Assembly (NCBI GenBank): GCA_964590855.1
Contig: CAZPXJ010000004.1
Coordinates: forward strand, 27,715-51,714
Reading direction: 5' to 3'
From: an uncultured archaeon
GTDB lineage: Archaea > Asgardarchaeota > Heimdallarchaeia > Heimdallarchaeales > Heimdallarchaeaceae
Length of the DNA stretch: 24,000 nucleotides
Part shown: positions 5,948 through 14,138 of the stretch, in pieces
Position numbering within the stretch: position 1 is the stretch's first letter
Layout: each line of letters begins with the position of its first letter
Made by a program: the position numbers and the translations under genes
Notes under the pieces: model-generated
Database searches by the model: none
Told to the model about the DNA's origin: nothing
What the model saw: only the letters and a program-made list of their open reading frames with translations

Positions 5948-8425
5948 GTGACATCGGTGAGTGATTTCGTTCCAAAACTAACTGAAGAAACATATGATCC
6001 TCAGAAGCAAGATCTGATGCTGTTCAATAAGTGGCAAGATGAAAAATTATTTTCCTTTGACAAGTCATCAGGAAAAAAAATCTTTAGTATCGATACTCCT
6101 CCTCCTTATGCAAATGCTCCTTGGCACATGGGTGGAGCTATACACTACAGTCAGATTGATATGATTGCACGTTACAAACGCATGGCAGGTTTTGAAATTC
6201 TATTCCCAATGTGTTTGGATCGTAATGGGCTCCCTATCGAAGTTCAAGCTGAGAGAAAGTTCAAAATTTCAATGCATAATGTTCCTAGAGAAGAATTTCT
6301 CAGTATGTGTAAACAAATCTTGGATGAAGTAGGGGACATGATTTTAGATGTTTGTAAAAGATTGGGTTTTAGTAACAATTCACTTGAGTGGGATGAAATC
6401 TACAAAACTGATGAAGAGCAATATAGAACCTTAACTCAATCTACTTTCATCCAGCTGTTCAAAGAAGAACAAATTTATGAGGACAATCGACCAAATAATT
6501 ATTGTACTCGATGTAAAACAACTATTGCTGATAACGAAATAGATTACAAAGCAGGCTCTCACATGCTTTATGATATTAGATTCAAGGTGAAAGAAACTGA
6601 TGAAGATCTTATCATATCTACTTCTAGACCTGAATTAATTCCTGCCATAGGAGTAGTAATTTACAATCCAAAGGATGAACGATATCAACATCTTAAAGGA
6701 AAAACTGCAATTACTCCAATGTTTGAAGATGAAGTACCAATAATACCTCATCATTATGCAAAGATGGAATTTGGTACTGGTATAATGATGGTATGTGCGT
6801 ATGGTGATTCAAATGATGTTCAAATTTTCAGAGAATTACATCTTAACCCTAAAACAATAATTGATACAAATGGTCGAATAATTGATGCAGTTACAGAATA
6901 TGCAGGTTTGAAAGTAAAGGAAGCTAAGAAACAAATAGCAGAAAGACTCGAACAAGAGGGACACATCGTAGAAAAAGTGGATGCACCCCATAACTTTCCA
7001 ATATGCTCTCGCTGTAAAACCTCAGTAGAATTCTTGGCAATGCCTGAATATTATTTAAAACAGGTAGAATACCTACCTAAACTTCATGAATATGCACAAG
7101 AAATGCTATTCCTTCCACCTTTCATGAGAAACGTATGGGTCGATTGGTTAAATACCGTATCTATAGATTGGCCAATAAGTAGAAGACGTTATTATGGAAC
7201 TGAAGTTCCAGTATGGTACTGTAAAGAGTGTAATCACCCCAATCTTCCTGAACCAGGTAGGTACTATCAACCTTGGAAGGACGATCCTCCATTTGACACG
7301 TGTCAGAAGTGTGGTAAAAGTGAGGGATTTGAAGGTGACTTAAGAACATTTGATACATGGATGGATTCTTCCCTTAGTGAAATATACACTATTATGTATC
7401 CTCACAATAAAAAGGATGAAGAATTATTCAAAAAATTAATTTCACGCCCATACATTTGTGATCTGAGGCCATCAGCAAAAGACATAGTACGAACTTGGCT
7501 TCATTATACTATGCTAAGGGCATTACAATTATACAAAAAACCTGCTTTCAAATATGCTTGGATATCTGGTTTTGTAGTAGATAAGAAAGGTGAAAAATTC
7601 TCAAAAAGTGCTGGTTCTAACATAAAACCAGAAGACATGATTGAAAAATATGGTGGAGATGCTGTAAGGTTCTATGGTGCAGCTGAAGCTAGTCATGGAT
7701 CAGATATCCGCTTTAATCAACAACGACTTCAAGGGATTTCTAAATTAATAAACAAGCTCTACAATATAGCAAAATTCCTCAGCCGTTTTCCCATAATTGA
7801 AGATAAAACGCAAATATCTCTTCAACCAGCTGATGAATGGATTCTTTCTGAGTTAGTTAAAGTAATTGATGAAGCTAGAGCTGGTTATGAAATATTTGAT
7901 TTCCAAGTTCCTGCAAAAACTCTTAGAAACTTCACTTGGGAAACTTTTGCTTCCCATTATATGGAATTAGTAAAAGGACGTGCTTACAACAGAAATAAAG
8001 TTTATGGAGATAAAGAACAGAAAGCTGCTTGGTACACCCTTCATAAAGTAATGAAAGAGATAACAAAAGCATTTGCCCCAATTATTCCATTTGTAACGGA
8101 CTTGATCTATAGAGGAATATATGATAAAACCGTACATCTTGAGAAGTTTCCTGAAGGAAAGGAGATTATCGATAAGCAACAATATCTTGAAATTACTTCA
8201 ACTCTTCTTGAACTAAATTCCGCTATTTGGAAATATAAAAAGAGTAAACAATTACCTTTAAACACCCCAATCAAGCAGATATTGCTTCCTGAATCATTAG
8301 CTCCTTTAACAGACGACTTACAATCAATGCACGCAATAGAGATTTTAGTTAAGAAAGATATTGAAATCGAAAGTGGCGAGATTATACCTATTAATGAAAC
8401 AGAAAACATCATTATTAAGATATAG
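5948..8425 (+). CDS. valS: Class Ia aminoacyl-tRNA synthetase, most likely valyl-tRNA synthetase
   Basis: The 825-aa product starts at GTG. It has a HIGH-region PPPYANAPWHMGG, a KMSKS-region KFSKSAG, a CP1/editing-type STSRPELIPAIGV block, and CxxC knuckles (CTRCKT, CSRCKT, CKEC...CQKC). An FPMCLDRNGLPIE block resembles the archaeal Val/Ile type. The length fits ValRS rather than IleRS or LeuRS. Confidence 0.65.
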   Translation: MTSVSDFVPKLTEETYDPQKQDLMLFNKWQDEKLFSFDKSSGKKIFSIDTPPPYANAPWHMGGAIHYSQIDMIARYKRMAGFEILFPMCLDRNGLPIEVQAERKFKISMHNVPREEFLSMCKQILDEVGDMILDVCKRLGFSNNSLEWDEIYKTDEEQYRTLTQSTFIQLFKEEQIYEDNRPNNYCTRCKTTIADNEIDYKAGSHMLYDIRFKVKETDEDLIISTSRPELIPAIGVVIYNPKDERYQHLKGKTAITPMFEDEVPIIPHHYAKMEFGTGIMMVCAYGDSNDVQIFRELHLNPKTIIDTNGRIIDAVTEYAGLKVKEAKKQIAERLEQEGHIVEKVDAPHNFPICSRCKTSVEFLAMPEYYLKQVEYLPKLHEYAQEMLFLPPFMRNVWVDWLNTVSIDWPISRRRYYGTEVPVWYCKECNHPNLPEPGRYYQPWKDDPPFDTCQKCGKSEGFEGDLRTFDTWMDSSLSEIYTIMYPHNKKDEELFKKLISRPYICDLRPSAKDIVRTWLHYTMLRALQLYKKPAFKYAWISGFVVDKKGEKFSKSAGSNIKPEDMIEKYGGDAVRFYGAAEASHGSDIRFNQQRLQGISKLINKLYNIAKFLSRFPIIEDKTQISLQPADEWILSELVKVIDEARAGYEIFDFQVPAKTLRNFTWETFASHYMELVKGRAYNRNKVYGDKEQKAAWYTLHKVMKEITKAFAPIIPFVTDLIYRGIYDKTVHLEKFPEGKEIIDKQQYLEITSTLLELNSAIWKYKKSKQLPLNTPIKQILLPESLAPLTDDLQSMHAIEILVKKDIEIESGEIIPINETENIIIKI

Positions 8426-8435
8426 TCAAAATAAC

Positions 8436-8454
8436 TTTTCCTCTTTTCCTTTTT
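8436..8454 (+). terminator. T-rich tract, terminator candidate after the synthetase gene
   Basis: TTTTCCTCTTTTCCTTTTT begins 11 nt after the TAG stop. Archaeal terminators are oligo-T tracts. Confidence 0.4.
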
Positions 8455-8608
8455 CAGTCATTAAAGAAAACCATTTTAAATAGCAAATAGTCGAATTTAC
8501 TTGCTGGGTATTGAAGATTACAATTTGTAATCGTTAATAAACCTTAAAAATTGTACTCTTACCCGCTATTGTAATCAATAGTAACAAGCTATAACAGGAG
8601 AATTAAGA

Positions 8609-9073
8609 TTGCCAAAATACAGATATTCCATTCAAACAGATCCTGATAGGTCAGCAAAGGCTTCAGCACGAGAAATAGATGTTAGTCGAAAAGCTGCACG
8701 AGAAATATGCAATACAATAAAAGGTATGACAATTCATCAGAGTATTGAGTATCTCGAGAATGTTATTGAGAAAAAACTTGCTGTCCCCTTTAAACGTCAT
8801 AAAAGAAATGTAGGACACAAAAGTACAACAATTGGTTGGGGTCCAGGAAGATATCCAGTTAAAGCTGCAAATGAAATTCTCAAAGTTGTAAAGAATCTTG
8901 AAAATAATGCTGAAACAAATCAATTGCAATTAGACAAGTGTAAGATTACTCATGCTGTAACTTTGCTAGGTTCAAAACAGCAAGGAATCTTCCATCGAGC
9001 TCAGGGAAGATCCACACCAAAGACAAGACAATTTGTTCATGTTGAGTTAGTAGCTGAAGTAGCTGAGATGTGA
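8609..9073 (+). CDS. rpl22: 50S ribosomal protein uL22
   Basis: MPKYRYSIQTDPDRSAKASAREIDVSRKAAREICNTIKGM... is uL22-like. The TTG start is preceded by AGGAG and the stop is TGA. Confidence 0.88.
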   Translation: MPKYRYSIQTDPDRSAKASAREIDVSRKAAREICNTIKGMTIHQSIEYLENVIEKKLAVPFKRHKRNVGHKSTTIGWGPGRYPVKAANEILKVVKNLENNAETNQLQLDKCKITHAVTLLGSKQQGIFHRAQGRSTPKTRQFVHVELVAEVAEM

Positions 9074-9077
9074 TAAT

Positions 9078-10091
9078 ATGCCTACTACAAAAGATTACTT
9101 AATTAAAAAATATCAAAGAAATGCTATAGATGAATATCTAGCAAAAGAACTAAAAAATGCAGAATACGGGGGAGTGGAATTACGACGAACACCACTTGGT
9201 GATCGTGTTATACTTCGAGTCGGGAGAGTGGGTTTAGCTATAGGTGGAAGAGGCAGAAATATTCACAGAATTACTGAAGCCTTACGTGAAAGCTATGGTC
9301 TCGACAATCCACAAATTGAGGTAACTGAAGTAGAAAACCCTGAAATTGATGCAAGAATTATGGCTTTTAGATTAGCTTCTTCTTTAGAACGAGGACGTCA
9401 TTTTAGAAGAAGTGCTCATGGTATTATCAGGCGTATTATAGCTAGTGGAGCTAAAGGTGTAGAAATTAAAATCAGCGGAAAAATAACTAGTCAAAGAGCA
9501 AGAGTAGAAACATTCAGAGCTGGATTTGTTGCAAAAGCAGGAGATCCTGCAGACACTTACGTAGATTTAGGTCAAGCTCAAGCTCTTATTCGAAGAGGAT
9601 TATTAGGGGTTCGAGTTAAGATAATGCGTGGCGATGCTATTCTTCCTGATGATATCTCAATCGAAGCAGAACCAACATCAACATCTATGATAGTTGATAC
9701 TGGTGCAGAAGAACCAGAAATCATAGAAGAAATTAGTGAAGAAGTTCTTGAAGAATTGGAAGAATATCCAGATATTGAAGAAGAATTAGACGAAATAGCA
9801 GAAGAGATTACCAAAGAAACCAAACCAAAAGTCAAAGCAAAGACTAAAGCTGAAGATGAACTGAAAGAACTAGATGAAGTTGATAAAGCAGCAAAAGCTA
9901 AACCAAAAGCTAAAGAAAAGAAAGCAGAGAAGAAAGAAGAAAAGGTAACGGAAGAAGTAAAAGAGACCAAAACCAAAGCTGCAAAAACAACTAAAACTAC
10001 TAAGGCTTCCAAAGAAGATAAGAAAGAGGATAAAAAAGAAGAAGCCAAAGAAACTAAATCAAAAGCAAAAGCCAAAGCAAAAGAGGAGTAA
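9078..10091 (+). CDS. rps3: 30S ribosomal protein uS3 with a C-terminal E-rich then K/A/E/T-rich extension of about 140 aa
   Basis: The N-terminal ~195 aa carries the KH domain and the uS3 C-domain (LGDRVILRVGRVGLAIGGRGRNIHRITEAL...RRGLLGVRVKIM). It continues in frame into EEPEIIEEISEEVLEELEE...KAKTKAEDELKE...KSKAKAKAKEE. Confidence 0.9.
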   Translation: MPTTKDYLIKKYQRNAIDEYLAKELKNAEYGGVELRRTPLGDRVILRVGRVGLAIGGRGRNIHRITEALRESYGLDNPQIEVTEVENPEIDARIMAFRLASSLERGRHFRRSAHGIIRRIIASGAKGVEIKISGKITSQRARVETFRAGFVAKAGDPADTYVDLGQAQALIRRGLLGVRVKIMRGDAILPDDISIEAEPTSTSMIVDTGAEEPEIIEEISEEVLEELEEYPDIEEELDEIAEEITKETKPKVKAKTKAEDELKELDEVDKAAKAKPKAKEKKAEKKEEKVTEEVKETKTKAAKTTKTTKASKEDKKEDKKEEAKETKSKAKAKAKEE

Positions 10092-10101
10092 GGTGTAAAA
10101 A

Positions 10102-10305
10102 ATGGCTATAATCAGAACTAGTGAAATAAGAAAAATGAATAAGGATCAAAGGTTTAGAAAATTGGAAGAATTCAAGAAAAAACTCTTTACAGTTCAATCC
10201 GAATTATCATCAGGGGGTTCCATTGAGAATCCAGGACAAATTCAAGAATATAAGAAAGCTATTGCTCGTCTTCAAACAATTATGACTGAATTAGATGAAC
10301 TTTAA
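10102..10305 (+). CDS. rpl29: 50S ribosomal protein uL29
   Basis: The 67-aa product is MAIIRTSEIRKMNKDQRFRKLEEFKKKLFTVQSELSSGG... An AGGTG Shine-Dalgarno site lies upstream and the cluster position fits. Confidence 0.88.
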   Translation: MAIIRTSEIRKMNKDQRFRKLEEFKKKLFTVQSELSSGGSIENPGQIQEYKKAIARLQTIMTELDEL

Positions 10306-10613
10306 TGTCTAAGACAAACAAGAGAGAGAGTAGAAAAGTTTCGGTTTGGAAAAACCTTACTAAATCTTTGATAGGTTTAAAGGTTTCCATCGCTAGAAGC
10401 TCTTCAAAAGACTGGGAGGGAATTAAAGGTATCATAAAAGATGAAACCTTCAATTTATTAGTAATAGAAACGGATAATAAGATCTTGTCAATTCCAAAAT
10501 CTAACCAAGTTTTTGAGCTAGAGATCGATGATGGTTCAAAAATACAAGTTGATGGTAAGCTCTTAGAAGGTAATCCAGAACATCGCATAAAGAAGAAGTT
10601 GAAGAACTGGTAA
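10305..10613 (+). CDS. rnp1: RNase P protein component 1 (Rpp29/Pop4 homologue)
   Basis: The 102-aa product contains LIGLKVSIARSSSKDWEGIKGIIKDETFNLLVIETDNKILSIPKSNQVFELEI...GNPEHRIKK, the Sm-like Rpp29 pattern. It is coupled to rpl29 through TAATG and occupies the conserved archaeal position after L29. Confidence 0.8.
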   Translation: MSKTNKRESRKVSVWKNLTKSLIGLKVSIARSSSKDWEGIKGIIKDETFNLLVIETDNKILSIPKSNQVFELEIDDGSKIQVDGKLLEGNPEHRIKKKLKNW

Positions 10614-10697
10614 ACTATATAATATATTAACACAAATGATTATTAGTTTAAATATTAAAAAAAAGAACATCTTATGCTACAGTGATTGTGTCTTCTC

Positions 10698-13172
10698 ATG
10701 AATCAACCAGAATACCTTAATCATCCATTAATTAAGCAAGATAAAGTAGAAGCTAGATTATATCAGCAAACTCTATTTGCTTCATGTATTAAGGAGAATT
10801 CTCTAGTTGTTTTACCTACAGGTCTTGGGAAAACCATATTATTTCTAATGATCACAGCACACCGTTTAGAGAAATTTCCTGAAGGAAAAATCGTATTTTG
10901 TGCTCCTACTAAACCTTTAATGGATCAACATGAGCGAACAATGAAAGAGTCATTGAACATTAATCCTGAAAGTATAGTTCAAGTTTCAGGTCAAATTGAT
11001 CCAAAGAAGAGAAAAGAAATATGGGATGGCGGTCAAGTATTTGTTTGTACCCCCCAAACTATTCAAAATGACATAATTCAAAGACGAATAAAACTTGAAG
11101 AAATCGTCTTTATGTGCCTTGATGAAGCACACAAAGCAGTAGGTGACCACAGTTATGTTTTCATTGCTGATCAGTATCACAAAAAAGCTCAAAATCCTCT
11201 TTTACTAGGTTTAACTGCAAGTCCGGGATCAAAAATTGAACGTATTGACGACGTTCAGAATAATCTCCATATCACCAATGTAGAAATGAGAGATGAAAGT
11301 TCCAACGATGTTAAACAATACATTCATGAAATTGAAGAGAACTGGGAGATAATCCCTCTTGCTGAGGAGTTCAGAGTAATAATTGATACTTTAAATAATT
11401 TGTTCAAACTTGTATTAGAAGGTTTGAAGGAATTAGAGATAATCAATTCAGCTCTACCAAGAAACAATCCTAGAAAGGAACTTCTGCAATTAAGAGGAAA
11501 AGTAAATAAAAAATTCAGCGACAGTTCAGAGGAAGATAGATCTGAATTCTTTAGAGCAATGTCCTTAGTTGGTAATTCAATTCGTTTATCTCATGCTATT
11601 GAGCTCATAGAAACCCAAGGAATCCCTTCACTTAGCAAATACCTTGAAGGTCAAATTAATGACATAAAATTTGGGAAAGGAAGTAGAGCCCTTAAGGATT
11701 TGATGTTTTCTGAGGAGATGCGACAAGTCGTTGAAACAGTACAAAAACTTCAAGAAGAAAAAGTAATTCACCCTAAAATTGAGAGGCTTAGAGAACTTAT
11801 TTCTGAAGAACTAAAAAACAACCCAAATAACAGAATTCTAGTTTTTGCACATTTTAGAGTAACAGCTAAAATGATCAGTGATGAACTTAACAAGGAAAAT
11901 ATTGTAAAAAGTCATTGGTTTGTTGGTCAAGCGACCAGCAAAGGTGACAAGGGATTATCTCAAAAGGAGCAAATAGAAATTATGCAAGAATTTCGTGATG
12001 GAACCTACAATGTATTAGTTTCAACCAGTGTAGCAGAAGAAGGATTAGACATAGGTGAGTGTGAACTTGTGATTTTCTATGATGCAGTTCCCAGTGCTAT
12101 ACGATTAATACAGAGAAAGGGAAGAACTGGGCGAAGAAAAGAGGGTAAGGTAATTATGCTGATTGCCGAAGGGACTAGGGATGAGGCTTACATGTGGGCC
12201 TCAAAAAGACAGGCTCAAAAAATGAAGAAATTGGTTAGGAAATTAGATCAAACTCTTGATACTAGAAAGCAACCCAAGAAAAAACAACAAAAGGGTATCG
12301 TGGACTTTCTTAAAGAAGCAGAAAAAGTTGTTGAAACAGTTGATTTGAAAGAAGAAACTGAATTAGAAGTAGAAGAAGTAGAAGAATCAAAGGAAATTGA
12401 ATTTGAAAAAGAGGAAGGAAAAATCAAGGTTATTTGCGATAGTAGAGAGAGAAATACTACCGTAATTAAGGAATTGATGAACAAAGGTGTAGAACTTGGT
12501 TTCGAAAGATTAGATTTAGGAGACTATATTTGTTCAGATCAAATAGTCGTTGAAAGAAAGACAGAAGATGATTTTGTGAAATCAATTATCGATAAGAGAC
12601 TATTTACCCAAGCAAAAGCTCTGGTTGAGAGTTGCGCTAAACCAGTAATGATTATTGAAGGTGATCTGAATATTTTTAGTTCATCACTTCACCCTCATGC
12701 AATTACTGGAGCATTAACATCTCTCGCTACAGACTTTAGATTGCCAATTATACATACAAGAAATCAAAAGGAAACTGCAGAGATTCTATTTTCACTTGCG
12801 AGAAGGGAACAAGAGGAAAGACAGAGGAGAATTAGTATAGGGAAACGAAAAGGGATGGGTCTCAAAATACAGATGGAAGAAACCATTGCTTCACTTCCAC
12901 ATATTGATCATAAGATTTCTAATAGACTGCTGAAGCATTTTGGTTCCATCAAGAATGTAATGACCGCAAATCGAGAGGATTTCTTTGAGGTTAGAGGGAT
13001 AGGTGAAAAAATCGCCAATGACATTATTGATTACATCTATAGCAACTATAATGAAATAGAAACGGGTGAAGAAGCTCGAACTATGAAAGAAGACCTCGAT
13101 TTCTTGAGAAAAGATAAGAAAGACAAAACTTCTAAGAAGTCAACGAACGGAGAGAGTCAACAAGAGAACTAA
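10698..13172 (+). CDS. hef: Hef: SF2 helicase fused to ERCC4/XPF-type nuclease and HhH2
   Basis: Helicase motifs are present: LPTGLGKT, CLDEAHKAV, LTASPGS, QRKGRTGRR. The nuclease region has the GDx(n)ERKx3D signature (CDSRERNT...LGDYICSDQIVVERKTEDDF). The C-terminal HhH is LLKHFGSIKNVMTANREDFFEVRGIGEKIANDI. The first ATG is at 10698, whereas the track starts at a TTG at 10686. Confidence 0.9.
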   Translation: MNQPEYLNHPLIKQDKVEARLYQQTLFASCIKENSLVVLPTGLGKTILFLMITAHRLEKFPEGKIVFCAPTKPLMDQHERTMKESLNINPESIVQVSGQIDPKKRKEIWDGGQVFVCTPQTIQNDIIQRRIKLEEIVFMCLDEAHKAVGDHSYVFIADQYHKKAQNPLLLGLTASPGSKIERIDDVQNNLHITNVEMRDESSNDVKQYIHEIEENWEIIPLAEEFRVIIDTLNNLFKLVLEGLKELEIINSALPRNNPRKELLQLRGKVNKKFSDSSEEDRSEFFRAMSLVGNSIRLSHAIELIETQGIPSLSKYLEGQINDIKFGKGSRALKDLMFSEEMRQVVETVQKLQEEKVIHPKIERLRELISEELKNNPNNRILVFAHFRVTAKMISDELNKENIVKSHWFVGQATSKGDKGLSQKEQIEIMQEFRDGTYNVLVSTSVAEEGLDIGECELVIFYDAVPSAIRLIQRKGRTGRRKEGKVIMLIAEGTRDEAYMWASKRQAQKMKKLVRKLDQTLDTRKQPKKKQQKGIVDFLKEAEKVVETVDLKEETELEVEEVEESKEIEFEKEEGKIKVICDSRERNTTVIKELMNKGVELGFERLDLGDYICSDQIVVERKTEDDFVKSIIDKRLFTQAKALVESCAKPVMIIEGDLNIFSSSLHPHAITGALTSLATDFRLPIIHTRNQKETAEILFSLARREQEERQRRISIGKRKGMGLKIQMEETIASLPHIDHKISNRLLKHFGSIKNVMTANREDFFEVRGIGEKIANDIIDYIYSNYNEIETGEEARTMKEDLDFLRKDKKDKTSKKSTNGESQQEN

Positions 13173-13557
13173 TAGATGAAGATATATCTACTATTTCTTT
13201 TGGATCATTAGTTTCTTTCAATTTTGTATTGAGTTCAGATATTTTACCTAGCATTATTTTTGCTGAATCAACTAGTGCAGGAGGAAGAGAGCTAAAATCA
13301 AAAGAAGATACAGATTTTGGTAAAGAACTAGATGGAGTTTGATTATTCTGTACTACTTGGGATTTCTCATGGGGAAAATCAGAAACTGAATCAACCATGA
13401 CATACTGTTTTTTACAATGGACACATACAACTTTACCATCTTTTTCATACAAAGGTTCAACACAATCAGGGCAAGCTTTGTTAAGCATCTTCCACCCTTT
13501 TAGTAGTAAATCCGCACCTGCTTTGATGGAAGCATCGGAATCGGTTGATTTATTCAT
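13132..13557 (-). CDS. UPF0148 / autoantigen-p27-like zinc-ribbon protein
   Basis: The 141-aa product has an N-terminal ...AGADLLLKGWKMLNKACPDCVEPLYEKDGKVVCVHCKK block. This 'LL.G..ML...CP.C..PLf...G...C..C' module is, as I recall, the one in archaeal UPF0148 proteins. The 3' end overlaps hef by 41 nt. Confidence 0.65.
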   Translation of the reverse strand: MNKSTDSDASIKAGADLLLKGWKMLNKACPDCVEPLYEKDGKVVCVHCKKQYVMVDSVSDFPHEKSQVVQNNQTPSSSLPKSVSSFDFSSLPPALVDSAKIMLGKISELNTKLKETNDPKEIVDISSSISSLVDSLRSLTS

Positions 13558-13671
13558 AAGAGAAATGAGTAAGTTGAGTATAAAATCTTAATTGTCCATT
13601 ATACTCATCTGGCAAATACGTAAGTAATACATCTTATCTTATGTAAAATCAAGTTTGGGAGCTAAAGTATA

Positions 13672-13893
13672 ATGGTTATTCGTATGCCTAAAGAGTCAGA
13701 AAGAACACTAGAATCAATACCCAAAATTGAGATCAACGTAGATAGTAGAAATAAGGTGTTGAGATTTCAAGATATATTAGAAGAAAAACCAAGAGTGAGT
13801 GTAAAAGAAATTGAGGGAATGGATAGATTGATTCGAATGTTGAAAAATGAAAAGAAATCACCCTTCTATGCAGCAAAGGACAATAGCAAGTAA
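13672..13893 (+). CDS. Hypothetical small protein (73 aa)
   Basis: The only support is an ORF with GGGAG about 12 nt upstream. The product is charged and probably helical (…VSVKEIEGMDRLIRMLKNEKK…). I recognise no family. Confidence 0.35.
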   Translation: MVIRMPKESERTLESIPKIEINVDSRNKVLRFQDILEEKPRVSVKEIEGMDRLIRMLKNEKKSPFYAAKDNSK

Positions 13894-13993
13894 ATTCTTA
13901 TCGATATTTCTTAGTAAAAAACAAAAAGCTTGCTATAGATTTTCCAAGTATAGTTATTTTAATCTCTTATTATTTTAGAAATGTAAGAAAACA

Positions 13994-14003
13994 TTTTTAA
14001 AAG
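13994..14003 (+). promoter_or_regulatory. TATA-box candidate for tRNA-Ile
   Basis: TTTTTAAAAG is centred about 34 nt upstream of the mature tRNA 5' end. Confidence 0.4.
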
Positions 14004-14032
14004 TAATAAATTAGGATGAATGCAGTAAGAAT

Positions 14033-14110
14033 GGGGCATTAGCTCAGCTTGGTTAGAGCACTCGGCTGATAACCGGGGGGTCGACAGTTCAAATCTGTTA
14101 TGCCCCACCA
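14033..14110 (+). tRNA. tRNA-Ile (anticodon GAU), CCA encoded
   Basis: I folded the cloverleaf by hand. Acceptor stem GGGGCAT/ATGCCCC. D arm GCTC-AGCTTGGTTA-GAGC. Anticodon arm CTCGG-CTGATAA-CCGGG. Variable loop GGGTC. T arm GACAG-TTCAAAT-CTGTT. Discriminator A followed by CCA. Confidence 0.93.
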
Positions 14111-14138
14111 TTCTCCCAATTTTCTTTTCGTTTATTAT

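Noticed and set aside
7161-8412. Minus-strand ORFs inside the synthetase gene (7161-7358, 7967-8182, 8107-8412). Comparable cases are 8663-8929, 10280-10633, 10986-11192, 12248-12484, 16740-17033(+) and 18509-18694.
   Set aside because: Each is antisense or out of frame within a long gene with clear conserved motifs. The products are hydrophobic or low-complexity, as is typical of AT-rich shadow frames.
14033-14110. tRNA-Ile as the integration site (attB) of the foreign-looking cassette.
   Set aside because: The tRNA lies about 4.8 kb from the cassette, with four ordinary genes (cupin, aRF1, pyrH, aspS) between them. I found no duplicate of the tRNA 3' end near 18.9 or 21.4 kb, and no integrase gene is present in the window.
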